Assembly (NCBI GenBank): GCA_043228905.1
Contig: JBHGNT010000010.1
Location: 10,354,001-10,418,000 of the forward strand
From: Azolla caroliniana
Lineage: Eukaryota > Plantae > Polypodiophyta
Length of the DNA: 64,000 bases
Direction of reading: 5' to 3'
Position 1 is the stretch's first letter. Every line of letters begins with the position of its first letter. Position numbers and translations under genes: made by a program. Shown here piece by piece: positions 1 to 11,956 of this stretch. The notes under the pieces are model-generated. The model was not told the DNA's origin. It saw only the letters and a list, made by a program, of their open reading frames with translations, and did no database searches.

Positions 1-749
1 ACACAAACTGAAAGTAAAGAGTAAGACAAGATTTACATGGAAAATCCTGATTTCAGGGAAAAACTACGGAACAAAAATTCACTATGATAGAAAGACAGAA
101 TACAACCACTGAATAAAAGAACATGTACTGGTCTGAATGTTCTCTGATACCACGATTTCAGATGAGCATACCAAACCCTAATGCGTAGGTGTCTTTCCTG
201 TTCGAAGCTCCCCTTGGCTTCTTAGTTCTTGTCTTTCTTCCCTTTTGTTCTTCACCCTTTTCTTTACACACACTCAACTTTTCTTATTGCGTTCTCACAG
301 CCACTACTGTGTATATACACAGTCGTCTTCTGAGTCACACTTCTCTTCTACAACTCGTTTTTCGCTCTGCAGACTCTCGCGCCTAAAACACACACAATTA
401 TAAAATTCCACTCACTTGAGTTTACTATATATGTATAGCTACACTCACTACTTTTACTTTGGGTCATTTATCCCACATACAAAGGCAACGAATGCCTCTT
501 AGCATATATGTATACTAACCCACATACACATAGATGTGAAGAGAAGTATGTATATATGGGTATCCACATTTGAGTTCCCTTCAACTCTTGGCATGGTTTG
601 GCTTTTTGGCCACGTCGCGTCTCGGGTTGACTCCTTTGCACGGTTCGGCCGCGCGCCGTGTCTTGGGTCGATTGTGCACGGGTCGGCTCTTCGGCCGATT
701 TCGGCTTTTCAGCCCACTCCCCCGTAAGGAGGGACAATTTTACACAACG
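1..749 (-). mobile_element. Partial copia-type LTR, truncated by the window edge
   Basis: Carries the LTR motif TTTACATGGAAAATCC...GGGAAAAACTAC also seen in the LTRs at 14376 and 21402. On the minus strand it starts (C/T)GTTGTGTAAAATTGTCCCTCC, like the TGTTGGG..GTCCCTCC starts of other LTRs here. Confidence 0.5.
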
Positions 750-1629
750 ATTAACCACTTTCCATAGTGTGAGATCCTTCACACTATGCCCTGAGGCACT
801 TAAGGAAGTAGATCCACCATGTTCTATTTCATGATCAATACATTCATCTCCTTGATCAATGAAGATCATTCAAGATCATTTCTGTGCATCATTATAGCTT
901 CAATTATTCTATTTGAGAGAGCATTTCTTATATTTGCTCTGATGGAACCATTGTCCCAGATTCTTTGCAACCTTCTAACTCTGCATGATAGTGTTGCATG
1001 ATTAAAGACAGACTTGTGGATAGTAGTGCATATGCTATGATACATATCCAGGCCACAATGAACCCATATTTGACATATAATGTCCTAAGGGTTGTGTGAT
1101 GTATTAAGATGGCACATACCCATAGCGTGGACCATGGAACATATGTTGTTGCCTATTCTCAGCAACTATGCCCCCAAAAGCTAGAGCTATGGAAGCTCTC
1201 GAGGGTTTTCTATGGGTCCTAGGAACAATAGAGGGGAGGGGAAGAAGGTAGAACCAGAGGGAGAAAGCAACAAATCAATAAAGAATAGGGGAAGGATCAG
1301 AGGAGGGGTAACCGGCTATGCCGGAGAAGAAGCAGCAGAAGAAGAATATGCAGGTAGTACTCATGTGGGGAGAAAAGCATCTCTAGGGGTGGGGAAGGTG
1401 AGGAAACGCTAATAGAGGTCGCCATAGCTCGATCAGGGAAGGGTGGAGGAACTCAGATTTCTTGAGGACAATGTAGCATATGCAGATTTCGATGATCTGG
1501 ATCCCTACAGAAGAAGAAGAAGAAGAAGTGGGAAGTGCTCCTACGTCGGAGGGCTAGACTCTCTCTCTCTCTCTCTCTCAATCACATGCTTATCATTGTC
1601 ACCACTCCTGTTGTAAGTGAAACGGCCAT

Positions 1630-2721
1630 TTGTTGCGGACTTAAGCCATGGACAAAAGCAACAATGCTGATATGTATCTTCTCCTTCCCTATGAGTGTAG
1701 ATACCCGCAAATCGTAGAACAAGGTAAATGAGAATTAGGGAGAGGGAGAGAGAGAAATGCACACATATATCCACAAACGCTGAGACGTTGAGAGGAAGAG
1801 GGTGACTTCCTGTGAAGGGAGGGTTGTCCGTTCAGGCGTGCCAGAAGTGTTGTTGGGGTGGCTTCACCCCCATCCCAAGGGGAGTTACATGAGAGAGAAA
1901 GAAGGAGAGTGAAACAAGGATGACACCAAAATTATTGGGAAATCGGTCCCTCTGGATGGGATCTGACTATGAATGGAGAAGAACCAGTGAGAACCGGAAG
2001 AGATCCGGAAATTGGATCAGTGGACCCGGTGAGAATTGGAAGTGAAGACAGATTTGTAAATATGTCTTGAGGAAGCCCAATGAGCCTATTTTGTAAATAG
2101 CCCTAAGTTCATATAAGTATAAATATGACTTAAGGCAATCACTTTATATGTATGGTCATAGTGTTGTGAGAGTTGTCGTGACTGTTGTACAGAGAGCGAC
2201 ACACAGAGAGGGAGAGAGAGAGATACAGAGCGATACTCTGTTGTAACCGCCGCTGGGCGAAGAAACAGAGCTCGAGGATGTGACCTCTGAGTCTCTGATT
2301 GTACCTTTCTCCTATACTGATAGTTGGAGTTCGTGGGCTCCTGTGGTTTTTCCCATTTAGGGTTTTCCACGTAAACATCCAGTGTATTTCCTTTGTGTAC
2401 TCTCCCCTTCCCATTTCTGTGTTTCATTCTAGAAGAAGTGTTCAAGACTCGGTTGGGGCTGAGCAATATTCCTCGTTATTCCTCTCAAAAATGAGGGGGG
2501 CAAAAGCTCTATCTATTATGTGCCCCATAAGGGGTTTTTATAGTACATAATGTAATGGTTGATAATATGACCATTACAAAAAGAGGACTGTTACATTTTT
2601 GTCACATGCACATAATTGTGCATGTGCTCACAGATACTCATCCTCACACACTCATATACATTAAACATCTTAGACCATACACAATACACCTTGACCCTCC
2701 CGTACACCTATATGGATAACA
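1630..2721 (-). mobile_element. Probable LTR remnant, split by the solo LTR at 1933-2487
   Basis: Minus strand begins TGTTATCC at ~2721, exactly where the copia RNase H is cut off. It has a TATAAAA and a CT-rich tract and ends near ...CCGCAACA. Boundaries are uncertain. Confidence 0.35.
1933..2487 (+). mobile_element. Solo LTR of the Tnt1/Tork-like copia family (same family as 14376-21942)
   Basis: Colinear with the reverse complement of 21402-21942. Ends T(A)TTGGG...CTCTCA and is flanked by the 5-bp TSD AAAAT (1928-1932 / 2488-2492). Confidence 0.9.
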
Positions 2722-4175
2722 CACCTCGATGTGCTTAGTCCGGGCGTGAACGACAGGGTTCTTTGCCAACTGGATGTTGCGGAGGTTATCTCATTAAATC
2801 ACCATTGGATCAGATACCTCCACATGCAGATCCTTTAGGAGCCTCTTGAGCCAGATGGCTTCACACATTGCGACTCCCGCTCCTTGCTGCTTCTTACTGC
2901 ATCTTACTGCTCCGAATGTAGATCTACGGTTGTTGGCATTTCCGGCCCAATCGGCATCCGTGTAGCTGACAAGCTGTCCGGCTACATCGGTCCGATACAG
3001 TAGTGCCCTATCCTTAGTGTCGTTGATGTACCTCAGTATTTGGTGCGCGCACTAAAGGTGCTTCATAGTCGGATGCGCCATGAATTAACTAATCAGTCTG
3101 ACCGGATAGCTGAGGTCCGCCTGGGTGATGGTAAGATATATAAGGCTCCCCACTATTTGTCAGAACCTTTTCGGGTCGCATGCCATTCCAGAGTCGGGCC
3201 GAAGCTTCACATTCCGGTTCCAAGGAGTCGAAACAGATTTCCATTCCGTCGTACCAAATTTGAAGAGCATACTCAGCATATAGTGGCGTTGACTGATCAA
3301 TATGCCTTCTGGGGTTTGGATCACTTCGATCTCGAGGAAGTAATGAAGGTCTCCTACATCCTTCATCTTGAATGATGTCGCAAGTTGGGATTGGACGCAG
3401 CCTATTTCGTCCAAGTTGGCGTCGGCGATGACTAAATCATCAACATAAAGTAAAATACTAACTAGCCCGTTCTGACCTTGCCGGATGAAGAGAGAAGAGT
3501 CTGATTTCGACGAAGCAAACCCCATCCACTGGAGTCTCTGCATGATTTTCACGTTCTAGGCGCGCGAGGCTTGCTTGAGTTTATAAAGGGACTCTTTAGT
3601 CCACAAACGACCATTCCAAACTGAAATCCGGGGGGCTGAACCATAAAACACATGTTTCTCAAGATCACCTTGGAGGAACACATTTTTCACATCCATCTGA
3701 TGCAGATGCCACCTCTTCGCCGCTGCTACCGCAAGCAGGACACAGACGGTCAACATCTTTGCGACTGGCGTGAACATCTCATTGTAGTCGATGCCATGCT
3801 GTTGCGCATAGCCCTTTGCCACTAATTGGGCCTTGTACCAGTTGACGGAGCCGTCGATGTTGTATTTGACCTTGTACACCCACCAACAACCAATCCGCTT
3901 CACTCCTTTCGATACATCAACTAAATCCCACGTCTCGTTGTCCATGAGTGCGTGCACCTCTTCCTCCATGGCCTTCCACCAATTCGGATCCTTAGTCGGT
4001 TCTGCGTAGCTCTCCAGCTCACACATGGCTGCCACATTTGCCATGTAGACATAATGATGCGCCATATACTCATTGTACCCGTACCTTTTCACGGGGTTTT
4101 TCTGCCGGGTGGATCGGCGCAACTTCACGTTCGCCGATTGCAAGGCCCTCTTGGCTGGCTTGGACTTCATTCCTT
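2722..4175 (-). mobile_element. Ty1/copia fragment G: RT and RNase H, degenerate
   Basis: ORFs 3556-4170 ([15 protein letters not shown]) and 3160-3552 (ILLYVDDL), plus RNase H motifs GYTDADWAG and HARTKHIEV, with stops and frameshifts. Confidence 0.9.
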
Positions 4176-4778
4176 AAGGTCCGTCTTTGTACAGACGGCA
4201 GGGCAGGCAAACGCAGAAAATTTTGGGCCGAAAATGCAAAGGAAATGCGTTTGTCACATTTCCCCTATAAATCCTACAACCTCCTAACCTATCACATTCT
4301 AGACTTGAACCTCTGATTTTTAACACACACAATACATTGTGTTGTGTTAACCATATGGAAACTCTTGTGAACCATCCACATTCGATTCTGAACATATATA
4401 TATTGTAGAGTCTCATGTATAGTACATTCGAGAATATTATACTCATTAGTATATTCTAGAATTATTCTTTGGTATATTCTAAACGGGTATATTCTTCAGT
4501 ATATTCTAGAGATATTCAATCACTTTTTGTTGGCGAGGACCAATTTCGATCGCTCACCTTCTAGTTTTGGTGGGGGTCACAACCGCTCATTTTCTTTGTG
4601 GGGATCACGTGGGTTTCTCGCTAGCGCTACTGTTTGTGTCGTGTCTTGGGCCAACCTTGACTATTTACCCTCTCATAATAGAAGAAGTTGAGTCGACCAC
4701 TTCACTTGCACTCCTTCGCCTGTAGTTGTTCCAGTTCTCGGTGAGGGCCGCATGGTCACTCACGTCCTTTCGTGTTCA

Positions 4779-7700
4779 GGAAACTCATTCTTGACGTCCA
4801 TCTGGTGAAGATGCCACCCCCTTGCCACAGCAACCGCCAGTACCACACGAACCGTCATCATCTTCACTACCGGGACGAAGGTCTCGTCATAATCGATTCC
4901 CTGGGTCTGTGTGTATCCCTTCGCCACTAACCAGGCCTTGTACCAGTGAACCGAACCATCAGCATTGTACTTTACCTTGTACACCCATTTGCAATTGATC
5001 GGTTTATAGTGTTGCGGAGGCTCAACGAGGTCCCATGTGTCGTTGTATCTAGTGCCCACATTTCTTCCTCCATAGCGGCACGCCAATTTCCGTCCTTTGC
5101 AGCTTCTACGTAGCTCTTCGGATCATGCACTTCCACCACCTTAGTCGGACTTCGTTCCCAAAGATCCGCCTTCATCCTTTCCGAAGTCGGATTCGCTCCG
5201 ATCCGACTCAATGTTGTCGGTTTCATATTCCGGCATCTTCTTCTTCCCCTTCTCTTCGCCGGTTCCTCATCCAACTGGTCATCCCGACTCAGTCGCTCAT
5301 TCGGTTGTTAATCCTTAGGGCCAGACAATGGCCTAACACAGGGTGTCTCCGGAAAACACTTCACCAAAGGGTGTTATGGCGAGATACCTTAAGACACAAC
5401 GATTGATCCGACTTAATTGGCTACTTAGCAATAAGGCATTCACTTAATACACGCGTAAGATATAACAATTAAGACAGAACGGTAATCAATACCAGATGCT
5501 TATATTAATTCTCCGTTAAGGTTTTACATTGTAACCGGGCCTTTATATAGGTCACCGGTGCTGTGTACAAAACGGTGCCAACCGGCACCTATTCAGAATC
5601 GGTCCGGATCCGGATCGGCATACGATTCCGGTTCGTCCGTTCACTACATAATTATAATCTAATTTAGTTAATGAAATATATTCCGAATAACCATCCTTTT
5701 CACATTCTGGTCTCTGCTCCTTTGCTAGCGGCCGGGTAACATCGGTCCACTTAGCCGGAATGGGATCAGACTCTCTTCTAGAGTGCCGAAGTCTTCATCT
5801 TCTACCTGGAACTCCTTGGGCTCACTAGCCTCATCTTCTGGAAGCGGGTCTTCATCAGGAGTTGGAGTCCGTAAGGAGTACCATGATGCCATCTCATCAA
5901 ACTCGACATCTCGGCTTACTCAAACCTGCTTAGTCCGGGGGTTATAGCACTTATACCCCTTTTGCTCATGCGAGTAACCGACAAGAATGCACTTCTCCGA
6001 CTTCGGATCCAGCTTCCTTCGCTTCTCATCCGGTACATGCACATATGCTATGCTACTGAATATCCGAAGGTGTCTCAAATTCGGCTTTCACCCGAAATAC
6101 AGCTCATGTGCTGACACCTTGTCACCGATCCGGTTTTGGATGTAGATGGCCATCCGGACCGCCTCAGCCTAGTAGAAATGGGGCATGCTCTTCTCCTCCA
6201 ACATTGCCCTTGCCGCGTAGACAATCGACCAGTTCTTCCTTTCGGCCACACTATTTTGCTCCGGTGTGTACCTGCAGCTGAATTCTCTCTTAATTCCGTT
6301 CTACTGCAAATAACTGTTGAATTGGCCGGAAAAGTATTCTTTCCCGCCATCCGACGGCAGGCACTTGATCTTCCTCTCTGTTTCCCATTCAACCAAGCTT
6401 TGAAGGTTCCGAAACACTCGAAGACTTCGCTCTTCCTCTCAATGAGGTAGATCCACGTGTGTCGGCTGTAGTCATCGATGAAGGAGACGAAATACCGACT
6501 CCCGCCAAGACTAACGTTTTGTGTCGGTTCCCATACATCCGAATGGATTAAATCGAGCTTGTTATGGCTTCGGTTTCAATCGGTGGGGAATGGAAGCCGG
6601 TGTTGCTTCCCGAGTTTCGGCCTTTCGGCTGTTAAATTTCAGCAAACCGAAAACAACTTGTTTGATTGCAGGTCTTGAAGCCTCCGATAATTGACATGGT
6701 TGATCCGCTTGTGCCAGAGGTCAATGTCCGATTCGACCTTCTGCCCTTTCGCAAACATAGTGGTGCCAACATCATTAGTGTTGAGGATGAACATCCTCTC
6801 GTCTCTACGCCCTTGCGCAATTATCCGACCCTCTTCCTCGATGAAGCACCCTAGTTGCGTAAACCACACTTGCATCCCCTAGTCGACAATTTGCCCAACT
6901 GACACCAGGTTCTTTGTGATAGTCAGAACGTATAGTGCGTTCATCAGCTTCCCCTTTGGTCTGACATGGCTTAAAGGGACTTCTCCGACATGCACAATCG
7001 GGTGAGGGGTGTCGTCTTCGTTTTCGACAATCCCTGGTTGTTCTAGTTTCTCCAAAAAAAGAGAACCACTCTTCATGGCTCATCATGTGGTTGGACGCTC
7101 CGGAATCAACGTACCATACTTCCTTCGATCCAGAAGTAGTCTTCTTCATCGAGTTAGCCTTCTGCTTCATCACGAAGGCTGGCCCTTTACCAGTTTTCCC
7201 GGTTCATGATCCTTCCGCGTAGTGCGAGCTTTGTCGGTTCTCCCGACCGGTTTTGCCGAGTCCGTATTTGTCCGAATCTGCGTGCTTCTTCCAACACGCG
7301 CTTTCCTTGTGGCCCTTTCTGCCACAGTACCAACATTCCATGTCGGCATTTCCTTGCCAGTTCCCGGCGCCGCTTTGACTCCCCCTACTTCTGGAGGGTC
7401 CGGAACTGTTGTCGGCACAACCTTTGTGCCTCCGGTCCTGCTCTTGTTAGCCGCCTCCATTGCATGCCGACCCACCTCGTCCACCACGTCCATGGGGTCG
7501 ATCTGTCTCCGTGTACAACATCCAGTCATCCGATTGAGTGGTCCTTAATGCACTCATGTGGTTTTCTTCGACCATCAACATCGATTGCAAGTCGAAGAAG
7601 GACGGTGGTTTCTCCCAGATGTAGATCGTTGTCCGGATTGGCCCGTACCTTTGCGCTAGACCACCAAGGCAGATTTGTACCATCTCCTCTTCGTCCACCA

Positions 7701-8641
7701 TCATGTTGATGGACTTGAGTGCGTCACAAATCTCCTTTATCTTGGTAGTGTAGTCCGTAACCGACATGTCTCTTTGCTAGATGTTGTTGAGCTCTTGCCG
7801 GAGCTGCAACTTACGAGTTGTGGTACTTGCAGCGAAAATCTTCCGTAGATTTTCCCAGGCCTCCTTCGGTGTCTTTCCATCCTTGATGTAGCAGAGCATT
7901 TGATCATGCACACCAGACGTGAGACAGTACAATACCCGACTCGCTCCTTGCTCCCATACTAGGAAGTCTTTGTGTGACGGCTCCGGTGCTACTTCATTTG
8001 TTCCTTCCACGAAGCTCCAATATCCACCCAGCGGGTACTGGTGCATTTTATATGACCAGGACGCATAGTTGCTCCAGTCGAGCTTTTCTGTTGGAAGTGA
8101 ACTCGCCATTCCTCTATCCATATCTTCTCTCTATTTGTTGTTACCGGGTTCTAGGGTTCATCTACGGAAGCAAATGTCGGTTGCAGAGGTTCTCAACCCT
8201 CGCACTCTGATACCATGTGAATGTGAACGTGTGGAAGCATCAGAAAGAACTGGCTCAGCCTGATAGCAACAGAAAATGAGAAGAAGGTTTAATGGAAAAG
8301 CTTAAAAACACAAAGGAGACAAAGAGAGAGCAGAACATAAAACTATATTAAAAAATTAACTCTAAAACTCTGTACATACACCGTGCTAAACAACACTATT
8401 TATACAAGTCCATAAAGGATTGACAGAAGTACTAACAGGTACTTCAATGCTCACACATGCGACTGACACTAACTACGAGACAATGATTACCTAGTAGTCT
8501 AGGCTACTATTAGGCTTCTAGTTCCCGCTCGAATCCAGGTCTCCGATCCGGCTCCCCAATCCGGTCGGTTGTTTCAGGATACCGATCCGGCTCTTCCTTC
8601 TGGATGTCGATCCAGATCCGGTTGAGCTTGCTCGCTCAATA
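4779..8641 (-). mobile_element. Ty1/copia element F: 5' LTR, gag, protease, integrase and RT start; 3'-truncated
   Basis: 5' LTR 8216-8641 and PBS TGGTATCAGAG(T)GC at 8202-8215. Gag ORFs 7777-8121 and 7447-7767, protease WYVDSGASNHM, GAG-pre-integrase [18 protein letters not shown]. Its LTR abuts the gag-pol of element D. Confidence 0.9.
5306..5741. mobile_element. Solo LTR inserted in element F
   Basis: TGTTA...TAACA termini and a perfect TSD TCGGT (5301-5305 / 5742-5746). Confidence 0.85.
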
Positions 8642-10107
8642 GAATATCATGGCGGAATGTTCATGATGAGACATAGAGAAAATTTTGTGTCGGCTTCTAC
8701 TTCGACTAATGCCTCCAATCCGGAAAATGTATGGTTTGTCGACTTCGGTGCTTTGAACCATATGACGTCCCATCAAGAATGGTTCAAAGACTTACAAGAG
8801 TCGGATCGACCTGGTTATGTCGAGACCGGAGACAACACCACTCATTCAATTCAGCATGTCGGCAATGTCTCATTCGGGAAAGACGGAGAACAAACTTGCA
8901 TAAAAAATGTCTAGATACACATGGATCTTTCCCATGAGGATGAAGAGCGAAGTGTTTACACACTTCCAAAAAATCAAAAGCGAAGTCGAAAAGACAACTA
9001 GCTGCCATATATGATGTCTTTGGTCGGACGGAGGAAAGGAATACTTTTCCGATGCGTTCACGGCATACCTTCGACAAGAAGGAATTCGGCGAGAATTCAC
9101 ATTCCGACACACACCTCAACAGAATGGTGTAGCCCAACGCAAGAATCGGCACATCCTCGAAGTAGCAAGGGCCATGCTAAATGAGAAGCATATGCCCAAG
9201 TCATATTGGGCAGAAGCTGCAAATACCGTCGTCTACCTCATGAACCGGTCCACAACATCTGGAGTGCATGGGGTCACCCCACACAAGAAATACTATCAGA
9301 AGAAGTCAGATCTATCCCATATAAGGATATTCAGCTCCATTGCATACGTGCACATTCCCGATGAGAAGTGGCAGACACTTGACCCAAAATCAAAGAAGTG
9401 CATCCTCGTGGGGTACTCACTGGAGGAAAAGGGGTACAAGTGCTTCAACCCCTCGACTCAGAAGGTTCGTGTATGTCGGGATGTTGTCTTTGACGAATCG
9501 ACATCATGGTACAAACCCGAGCCAACTCCTCCCGAGCCATCAACGAACGACCACAACAACACAAAACATGATGATCAACTAAGGTAAATACTCGAAGAAA
9601 GTCCAATCTCAACCAAATTGAGCGGACCACAAGAGCCTCCGAGCAACCAAAGCATATCTCGACCAAGTCCAAAGATGGACAAAGGGAAGGTCAAAATGTC
9701 GGAATATGAAGACGATCACTTTGACGGAAAATAATCGACTCACTCACTCGATAATGAGTTTGATGGCCTTGATGTGCCTCTTATGCAGTCACCCCGAGTT
9801 AAGAAAGCACTCACATCAGCAAATGAGAAACTTCGTCGCTCCACCCGAGAGAAGAATCTGGTTAGCCGATTTGGTTACAACGACTATATGGCATATCACT
9901 ATGCCTTTATTATGAAGGTGGTAGCACTTTGAGAACCGGAGAGCTTTGCCGAAGCCGCTCAAGATCCGTGATGGATTGACGCGATGAACAAGGAGATGCT
10001 ATTAGGAATAGTACTAAAACAGAGAGAGAATCAGTACTAGAGAAGGGAAGTACTATTAGTACTAATAGGACTGACCGCGTAAGACTCACGAGAGAGGAAG
10101 AGAGAAA

Positions 10108-10142
<35 letters not shown>

Positions 10143-11956
10143 AGGATAACAGAGGATATATTATGTGAAGAGTAAATACAAAATAGCTATGAGGCTTAAG
10201 ACTAGCGTTGAACCAATTTGGTTCGAAATAATGTCTTGTGCCTCCTTTTATAGTGTTCTCAGGAGTAATCCTAAAGCTTCTAGAATGTTCTAGAGAAATC
10301 TGGAATGTACATTAATTTTCTATAGTAAAACTTAAATGAAAATAATATCCTACGTATTACAATAGATAGTGTAATGGTCAAGAGCTCAACCCATATAACA
10401 TAAGTTCATGGGTTCGAGTCTTGCCATATCATGACACTATCCCCCCCTTAAAACGACGAGTGTTACAAGTCGGCGCTGATTCGGGACCGGGTTTGTCCGG
10501 ATACTGTCAGTGGAAATCAACAAGAAGATCCTGAGCATTGGCAACATCCTCGACGGGTTCCCAAGTATGTTTGCACGGACTATAGCCGAGCCAATCGACC
10601 AAATAATAAAGTTTGTTGCGAACAAACTTGGAGTCGAGGACGGCAACAACTTCATACACCGGGCCGACGTCCAACTCAAGTGGGGGCGGTAGTGGTGTAA
10701 CACATAAGGTTCGAGAAGAGAATTATGGATGTATCTGAAGGTGCGGAGGAAGATCAAGGCAGAACGGGACATCATTAATCTTGCCAGTAATACAGAAAGG
10801 ACCGAGTCGTCGATAATCCAATTTGTCGCATGGTCGAGTAGTCTTGATGTGACGACGTAAGAGCCATACTCGATCTCTGATGGCAAAAGAGGAGGGAAGC
10901 CGATGACGATCTGCATAAGTTTTCTGTGTGTGTTGAGCGTGACGAAGATGAGTATCAATCTGAATCTTGCATAGCCTCTCCAAATGATCCTTGGCACGAG
11001 GATTGGTAGGTAGCTCCGGAGTGTCGATCACAGACCAACGAGGATGAGAACCGGTATAAGCGTAAAATGGGGAGACCCAAGTGGAGGAATGAATAGTGTT
11101 ATTATAAGCAAACTCAGCAAAGTGGAGAATATCAGCCCAATCGTCCTGTTCATAACTCAAAAAACACCAAAGATATTGTTTGAGTGTTTGGTTTGTTCGT
11201 TCCGCTTGTCCATCAGTTTGGGGATGATAGCTGGAGGAGAGGTTGCAAGAGACCTTGAGCATCTTGAAGAGATGCTTCCAAAATTTGGATACGAATTGAG
11301 GTCCTCGGTCCCTAATGATACTGTCTAGGAAGCCATGATGCCCAAAAACCTCACGCATGACAAGGGCAGTGATTTCCTCACTAGTGATGACCTTAGTACA
11401 AGGTACAAAATGTGCCATCTTAGTATATCGATCAACGACGGTTAAGATAGCATGGAAGCCTTTCAAGACTCGAAGATTTGTGATAAAGTCAAGACAAATG
11501 GATTGCCACGGCTTACTTGGAATTGGTAAGGATTCCAACAAGCCATATGGATGATGTTGTGGCATCTTTGCTCAACAACAAGCATCACAGGTCCATACGT
11601 AGTTGTCGATAAAACGTCGCATATGGGGCCACCAAAAAGATCCTCAGACTAGATCCAACGTCTTAGTACTACCGAAATGTCCAAATGTATGGGTGTCGTG
11701 ACAATTTTGGACGATTTGAAGGCGATAGGAGCAATCGGGAACATACGCGAGTTTTTTAAAGAATAATAAACCATCATGATATTCGAATTGTCGGTAGTCC
11801 ATACCTAGTTGTTAGGACTGGGAACAGGATGCCCGAGAGGCATCAATTTGTGCTAGAATGGCTTGAGCAAAACTGTCCATCTTCAAATTGGCATCTATGA
11901 CATCGATAATCCGGGAATCCAGTGGAGTGTGAAAAATCCGTGTTGTGTGCAAACGT

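Noticed and set aside
142-152. CTCTGATACCA, the reverse complement of a tRNA-Met PBS
   Set aside because: It is not adjacent to an LTR terminus and lies inside LTR-like sequence.
780-1540. Possible gene or LINE ORF1 remnant
   Set aside because: No recognisable motif or consistent frame.
10362-10430. Functional tRNA gene
   Set aside because: Acceptor and anticodon stems are poor and it is part of an LTR, so it is reported only as tRNA-like.
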